A stretch of 64,000 nt of DNA, taken from contig NC_134036.1 in NCBI RefSeq assembly GCF_964204645.1, positions 1,860,001 to 1,924,000 on the forward strand, in the 5' to 3' direction. This stretch comes from Tubulanus polymorphus (taxonomy: Eukaryota > Animalia > Nemertea). This document shows, in pieces, positions 57,701 through 64,000 of the stretch. A program made the position numbers and the translations under genes. The notes under the pieces were generated by a model. It ran no database searches. It saw only the letters and a program-made list of their open reading frames with translations, and was not told the DNA's origin. Positions within the stretch are counted from its first letter, which is position 1, and each line of letters begins with the position of its first letter.

Positions 57701-59775
57701 CTGAACCTAGTTCCACAATTGTGTGAGTTTAATTTGACTGTGCACCCAGTTCAACAGTTGTGTTGGTTTAATTTGTCTCTGGATCCAGTTCCACAGTTGT
57801 GTGAGTTCACTATTTCTACAGGACTTTGAGGTCTAAAACTTTGGGTCCAATTCCACGAACAGATTACTTTCTGGAAATCTTAAAAAACGGGCAGGTCCAA
57901 TCATTGTATTCGTAACAGGGGGTTGTGTTATCGACTCACTAGAATAGTTAAACGTCGATTCAGTTCTGTGCTTTCCAGATATGAACTTGAAACTAAAATC
58001 TTATTGATATTGATATAAATATAAATATAAGGATTAATATTATATAGTCACTTGAATACAATATAATATGAACTGTTATCCGAAAGGAAACACTTGAGAT
58101 AAAGTTCCGGTTTGTACCTATCACCTCAATATATGTATAACCATGAACTTACTTATCACTTATCACTTAGGCCTATCATTAATTGCAATGTGATCGTATT
58201 GAAGTTTATCAGTTAAATTGGGTTTTATATCATTTCGTGGTGGTTGATACTATTATTCCTTGGCCGGATCTATAAACAAATAGGTCGATGTTGAATTAAT
58301 GTATATGAAATCCACTAGACCTGATCGTCTTTTGAGCGAAAGTCATTTTAATTTCTAATAACGGACTCAGCTCTTTTAGGTCGACGATCATTATGTTGAG
58401 GACTTATCCGAAATGACGACTTACACTTAACAATTGGGTTTGAAAATAGATATTGGGACTAAAAAAATAATTGATGACCTCAGTAATGCGATGACTTATG
58501 CTACATAATATGACTTATTTTTTTTATAAATTTGCAATTTGGACTAAAATAGAGAGAGACGTCGTCAGTAATGTAACGACTTTATCAAATATATATAATG
58601 ACTTTATCTATTTTTCATTGTTTTTGAATTATTAGATTCTTATATCGGGCCTAGTGTGTGTTTTCTGCGAATATTATCGTTTAGCTATATTCTTCTAAAT
58701 GGTTGATTTTACGTCTGATAAATTTCGAAATTTTGTACCATATGGCATCGCTGGGCTTTTATGTAACAATTGTAGTTTATGGAAAACGATAGTTTTTTGA
58801 ATGACAATAGTTTTATTTTCGTTTCGTAAATGATAAATTAAGTCTGAAAAAAAGTATCAAAAATCGAGACGTATTCATAGTTCGAAGAATTATTACCATG
58901 AAAATAGCGAAAACGACAAAGCGTCAAGATGATGCGAAAATTCTTTTGATGAATTGTTCAAAGGATTTTTATAGTCGATTTCGAAGGAATATTTATGTAT
59001 TGTATTGTATAAACGTATGCACATATATTTTCCAGTGTAAGTAATTTCAAAATGATAACAAAAATCCCAGAAAATATTTATTCAGATTCGTGCACATAAT
59101 TTTTCATCATAGAATCATAAATTATCTTTCCAAATGACGTAAAAATCCCCGAAAAATAGATTCAGATTCGTGCATTTAAATGTTTCATCATTGAAACATA
59201 TAAATTATTTTTCCAAATTACGAAAAAAAACTTGAAAAATATATTCAAAGTCGTGCGCACAATTTTTAATCATAAAAACATATAAATTATTTTTTAAAAT
59301 GGCAAAAAAACAGAAAAAAAACAGGTTTTTTACGTCGATTTTGAAATATGAATAGCTAATATAAACGTTTGTGTCGTTTTTTTCAAATATCAAAGTAATG
59401 AACATTTTCGACGTCTGTTTTCGATACGAATAGGCATGAACGTGGCAATAATATTTCATCTTGCAAAATCCCAGCGAATTGCGATTTGAATATTTTAATA
59501 TTATCAACATTTTTAAATGGTTTATATTTATCATTTTCAACACCGATTCGTCACGAAGAGTTGCCTTAGATGATTTACGAAATATGGCAGTTGATTTGAG
59601 TTTTGAATATTTTAAACCGCAATGGAACAGCTGCTTGACGGTTCTTTCTATTTGAATATTACATTAACTGAATATCTATTATATATGAGGTTCTATATAT
59701 AGTAATATACTCGCTTATTTTACACAGTATGATTTTCCATAAATTTCCAAAAATATGCATTTAAAAAAGAAGCTG

Positions 59776-59913
59776 GGGCCGGTTGCATAGTCATGGCTTA
59801 GACTTAAGACCAGTCTAAGACCAACTTAGTTCTATAGCTAATCTAAGAACTTAAGACCAGTCTTAAGATTTAAGACCACTTTTGGACTGAAGTCACGACT
59901 GTGCAACTGGCCC
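59776..59913. mobile_element. Family B MITE, CTG TSD
   Basis: CTG|GGGCCGGTTGCATAGTC...GACTGTGCAACTGGCCC|CTG. Confidence 0.85.
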
Positions 59914-61009
59914 CTGATTTGAACAAGTTTTCCATACTCTATCTATTCGTTGTCTTTACTTATTTCTAGTTGATACTTCAACTTGTATGCTACACAAATC
60001 CTCGTAATATTAAGCTAAAAAATTAACGCCTTGTTTTTCATTTCTGGTGAGTTTAAGTTGACCCGGCCAACCGCCTATTTATCATGGTCATTACTTTTTT
60101 CACGATCAAGCTAACAATAACAGACCCGGCGGTAATAGAAATGAACTGATTATAACTTTTATTGTATTTTACAAAATTGACCCGGCCGATTAGGAGAAAC
60201 AAGGTATCATTTTATTTTAGCCTAATGAAATTGATGCAGTGATAGTGACTCTTAGAAAAAGTTGATCTTTCTAGAAAATATAACGCCCCCTCAAACTGGT
60301 CTAGTGATTTAGACACTTACGACTGCTTTTACAAATCACCCTATGACATCATTGAATTGTTGTGGTTATTAAGATACCTCCAGAAATAAATCATAAAACT
60401 ATGGCATCATCTGAAGAGGCTTCCTTGTGATTTTAAATCAAATCTAATAACTCTGGTGTATAATGTATGAACGGGGGATTAACGAGGGATTAATGGCGGG
60501 CGAGGGAGGATGAAAGTGACTAATTTGATAATAAATCTAGGCTTAATCGTCAAGGTGATGTGTATATATGTATACATGTACAATATAAACACACCTGGAG
60601 TAATAATTACTCTCGCGATCATCGCGCGACTCAATCAATCCTGATTGCGACGCCGTAGGTGCGATGCTTAACGACAATAAAGGCATAGCGATTACACCTG
60701 CGAGAAAGACTACTCTCGGATTACATATTATACCCGGTGTATTGTTTTAATCTATAGAGTCGGTGTAGAGTATCTCTGAGCTCTGTCGGTTCGATATTAG
60801 TACGATACGGGGGGGATGAGTGGAGACAGGTTGTTAATAGCGGTGATGTGTGTTTGTTGTATATTGCTAGGTTACGCGCGACCCCGCCCTTGTTTCGTGT
60901 ACCACGAGACGCAGTTTGAGGTCTAGTAGTAACTCACGTGTTCTTATAGAATGCGTTCTAAACCGACTTCATGAGTCGATCATTTACCAATAGATCCGAA
61001 GTTAGTTAA

Positions 61010-61370
61010 ATGTGTTAATAAAAAGTATGAATCGAAAAATTAAATGTAGCCGCAAAGCAGCGATATATTGGTGAGTTCCAGTAACAACTGAAATACGAGA
61101 TCAACTGTCTTAAATTCAGTCGCCTATTAGGCTATAACAAATGAATGGAAATTTGTGGTGTAGAAAAATATATGGAAAATTAAATACAGCCGCAAAGCAG
61201 TGATCTTGAATCGAAAATTAAATATAGCCGCAAAGCAGCAATCTAGGTGATTTCAAGTAACTCATGTAAAATACGACCTTGATTGACTTTAATTCAGTCG
61301 CTTGTGGTAATGTGGTAGTTAAAAGCATAAATCGAAAACTAAATATAGCCGCAAAGCAGCGATAATGGAA
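61010..61370. repeat. Degenerate tandem repeat
   Basis: AAAA(T/C)TAAAT(A/G)(T/C)AGCCGCAAAGCAG x4. Confidence 0.8.
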
Positions 61371-61450
61371 TTTCGGTTCATTAGATATCAATGATAGTTT
61401 CCTGAAAATCAAAAACTTATTGCAGACCCTGAAAAAAATGTTCTCAGTTT

Positions 61451-61596
61451 TGGACGGGAGAACTGATAAAGACACGCATACATACACGCACACATGCACA
61501 CACCACGCAACACAATATTCCACCAGGGCTGAGGCCAGCCCTGGCAATCGAGTATATATATTTCAGTACCTTTTGGACGGTAGAACTGATAAAGAC
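61451..61596 (-). other. Two near-perfect miR-184 complementary sites
   Basis: Minus strand GUCUUUAUCAGUUCU(C/A)CCGUCCA at 61451-61473 and 61574-61596 pairs with all 22 nt of miR-184, with one bulged target base and two G:U pairs. Confidence 0.75.
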
Positions 61597-61766
61597 AGCA
61601 CATTCAAAACTACACTCACCTAAAACACTCACTTCCCAGGGTCAGGCTTCACAAATTTGATTATTTTTGAATCTTCAAAAAATAATTCTTAGCGAAAAAT
61701 TGCGTTTCTTCAAAGAAATTGTAACAATGATAAAAAGTCTTGTTGTGAAGCCGGACTAGGACACTG

Positions 61767-61807
61767 CATTCATTCATTCATTCATTCATTCATTCATTCA
61801 TTCATTC
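61767..61807. repeat. (CATT)n microsatellite
   Basis: Read directly. Confidence 0.95.
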
Positions 61808-62124
61808 AAACACTCAAATAACAAATAATTCTTGTACGAAACATTTTCAAAGCATCGAAAAATATCGATTGTACTTTCGTGTTAGACACTATGGCAATAA
61901 TTCAACAATTAAAACCGATCGATTTCAAATAATTTCAAATGTATTGACATTTAACGACCTTTCGTCGATGATATTAAAACGTGTTTAAATAGTCGAGTTG
62001 TACATATTGCATAGGGATGTTTCATAAAAACATCTGTTAGAGGTTCTGTCATCGACCATGAGCCGGCTGAGCAAAATACGGTTAAACTATATATTTCAAG
62101 TATGGGGGTACGTGTACAGAGGCC

Positions 62125-62346
62125 TCAAGTCGGATCTTTTGATTCAAGAGTGATATATGTGAGTTGGATGGTACAGTAGACTCCGCTCAAGTCGGGTCTT
62201 TTGACTTGACAGTGACATCTGAGTAGGATGATACAGTAGACTCCGCTCAAGTCGGATCTTTTGACTTGAGAGTGATATCTGAGTTGGATGATACAGTTGA
62301 CTCCGCTTAAGTCGGATCTTTTGACTCGAGTGTGATATCTGAGTTG
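62125..62346. repeat. 60-bp minisatellite x3.7
   Basis: CTCAAGTCGGATCTTTTGACTTGAGAGTGATATCTGAGTTGGATGATACAGTAGACTCCG units. Confidence 0.95.
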
Positions 62347-64000
62347 AGTTCGACGAACCCTATCTACACTAGTCAATTAACTTATTCCAACTCAAAAAGT
62401 ATTTCAACGACTTTCAAACATAAAATCTGCCGCATCGACTCGATCGCATCGTATCAAAATATTCGTTGAATAATATTTAAGCCCCTGCTTTATTATTTGA
62501 CCCAACAAAACTGGTAAACCGTAAATATTTATGTGTTTGTCTAACTCTGCGGGTTGAAGAAACTCCACTTGAGAATTTTTTTCGATCAAGTGGCAGAAAG
62601 TCTGCGCATATTGTAAACAAACAGTAACACGTAAACCGTATTCGTGGCGCTCGATAAAAATGGACCCAATAACACAAAGCATTGTACGATAGATTCTGTT
62701 GACTTCTAAAGTTTAAACTATCTTCGAAAAACTAGATAACCGTTATTGTGAGTCTGAAAATATTCTTTTTCAGTAACCAATTATAGTTTAATTGATAACA
62801 TCTAACCAGATATCAGAAGAAAATAAAAAGTAGAAAAAATAGTTATTTTATCCTTTTTCAATAATGATTGATGCTTGAATTTAGATACCAATTAACTTCG
62901 ATTAGATTTTGATTTTTTTTTATGATAGTCGGCCATCAAAGAGAATAAAAAGTTAGTTTTTCCTGTTCTTCGATCAAAGCTTTTTCTTATAAAATCTAAT
63001 TCATTTTGAATATTGAAAAAAGAATTTTGTATCGATCTAGGCCGCTCACCTTTTGTCACTCGGCGAAATGAACTATTCACTAAAGTCCTAAGTTCCTGAT
63101 ACGCAACAAACGTAGCGGTTGTACTCAACAATACACATCACCGCGCAACACATCACCACGAGTGACCCTTTACTCAATGACGTGTTGGTATAAAGTCAGT
63201 CGCTTGATGTTCAGTGCGCGAGGCAAGGTGCGCGTCATAGCGCGACAGTAGCAGGTGCGCGCAGCGCGGTTTAATTCAAAACTCTAAACAAACACAGACG
63301 GCGCGCGCGATACGCGAAAGGTTGTGTGGGCTTTTCAAAACGTGATAATTCAAACATGACCTTGTCCCCAAAACCCACAACAATACCCACAAGATGTTTT
63401 TTTCGTTTCTATTTAGATACATCAAAGATATGAGGTTAGAAAAAGATTATTCAGGGTTGTATTTAGTACCAAACTTCCTCCTATTTTTCCCAAGGTAAAA
63501 TTTTCACAACCTGGCAATAGAAATATAGATTAACATTCGCGAATCGTTGGTGCCGCTTTAGAAGCCCAGAATTTATTAAATTATCGAACTTCTAATATAT
63601 ACACATGTTCAACATGCAAGTAGATATGGAAACCCCTCACCACCCCACCCCCGTTGAGAATTCCTGACACCTCCCTGTCGAGCTAAGCTGAGATTTAAAA
63701 CATTTTCCCACGCACCTAGTTATAGAACGCGCACTTCAGTATTTTCTAATCACCAGAAACAGCTTTTCTTTGTTCTGAATCCCAGATTAAATAAATATCA
63801 ACTTGTCTCCCGAGATGACGAAAGAAAGCCTTAAAAAAATTCGAATTAAGTGTCGCCAGGGGAACGGATTTGGTAGGCGATGACGGTGGGAGGTATTGTT
63901 GGTATCCCGACACCTGTCTCCTTTTCAGGACGAAGTTTTATTTCCAATAATAGGAGATTTATTTTAAAGCTTATGTTACACAGTAATCACGTCGTCATCC

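Noticed and set aside
61400-61600. Additional + strand miR-184 paralogs or a REST/RE1 site
   Set aside because: There is no complementary 5p arm at a suitable distance, and the RE1 half-site spacing and sequence are non-canonical.
62404-63131. Minus-strand ORFs of 92 and 79 aa
   Set aside because: No recognisable domain or splice structure; possibly decayed TE sequence.

Overview
Intron-rich, AT-rich genomic DNA from a bilaterian invertebrate, probably a lophotrochozoan (inferred from gene content). Genes on the + strand, in order: (1) the last two exons of a disabled isochorismatase-domain (ISOC1-like) gene at 124-978, which the ORF track misses; (2) UXS1 UDP-glucuronate decarboxylase (10 exons, 2879-7740); (3) a tandem-repeat galectin (6 exons, 10500-13259); (4) an intronless FMRFamide-receptor-like GPCR (13582-14625); (5) myosin V (35 core exons, 16827-45364, about 1865 aa), with several unannotated candidate cassette and microexons in the tail. 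The region beyond 46 kb has no recognisable protein-coding gene. It holds two miR-184 hairpins on the - strand (51057-51116 and 51987-52046). About 9.4 kb upstream on the same strand are two near-perfect, single-bulge miR-184 complementary sites (61451-61473 and 61574-61596), a candidate miRNA feedback, slicing or target-directed decay module and the most notable finding. Other notable structure: a divergently oriented array of CTCF-like motifs in the myosin V tail introns, repeated tandem duplication of splice junctions, many Harbinger-type MITEs with 3-bp CWG target duplications, piggyBac and Mutator-like MITEs, and minisatellites. All exon boundaries were read by eye from GT-AG signals and frame continuity. 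Protein and miRNA identities come from recalled family motifs, not database searches.
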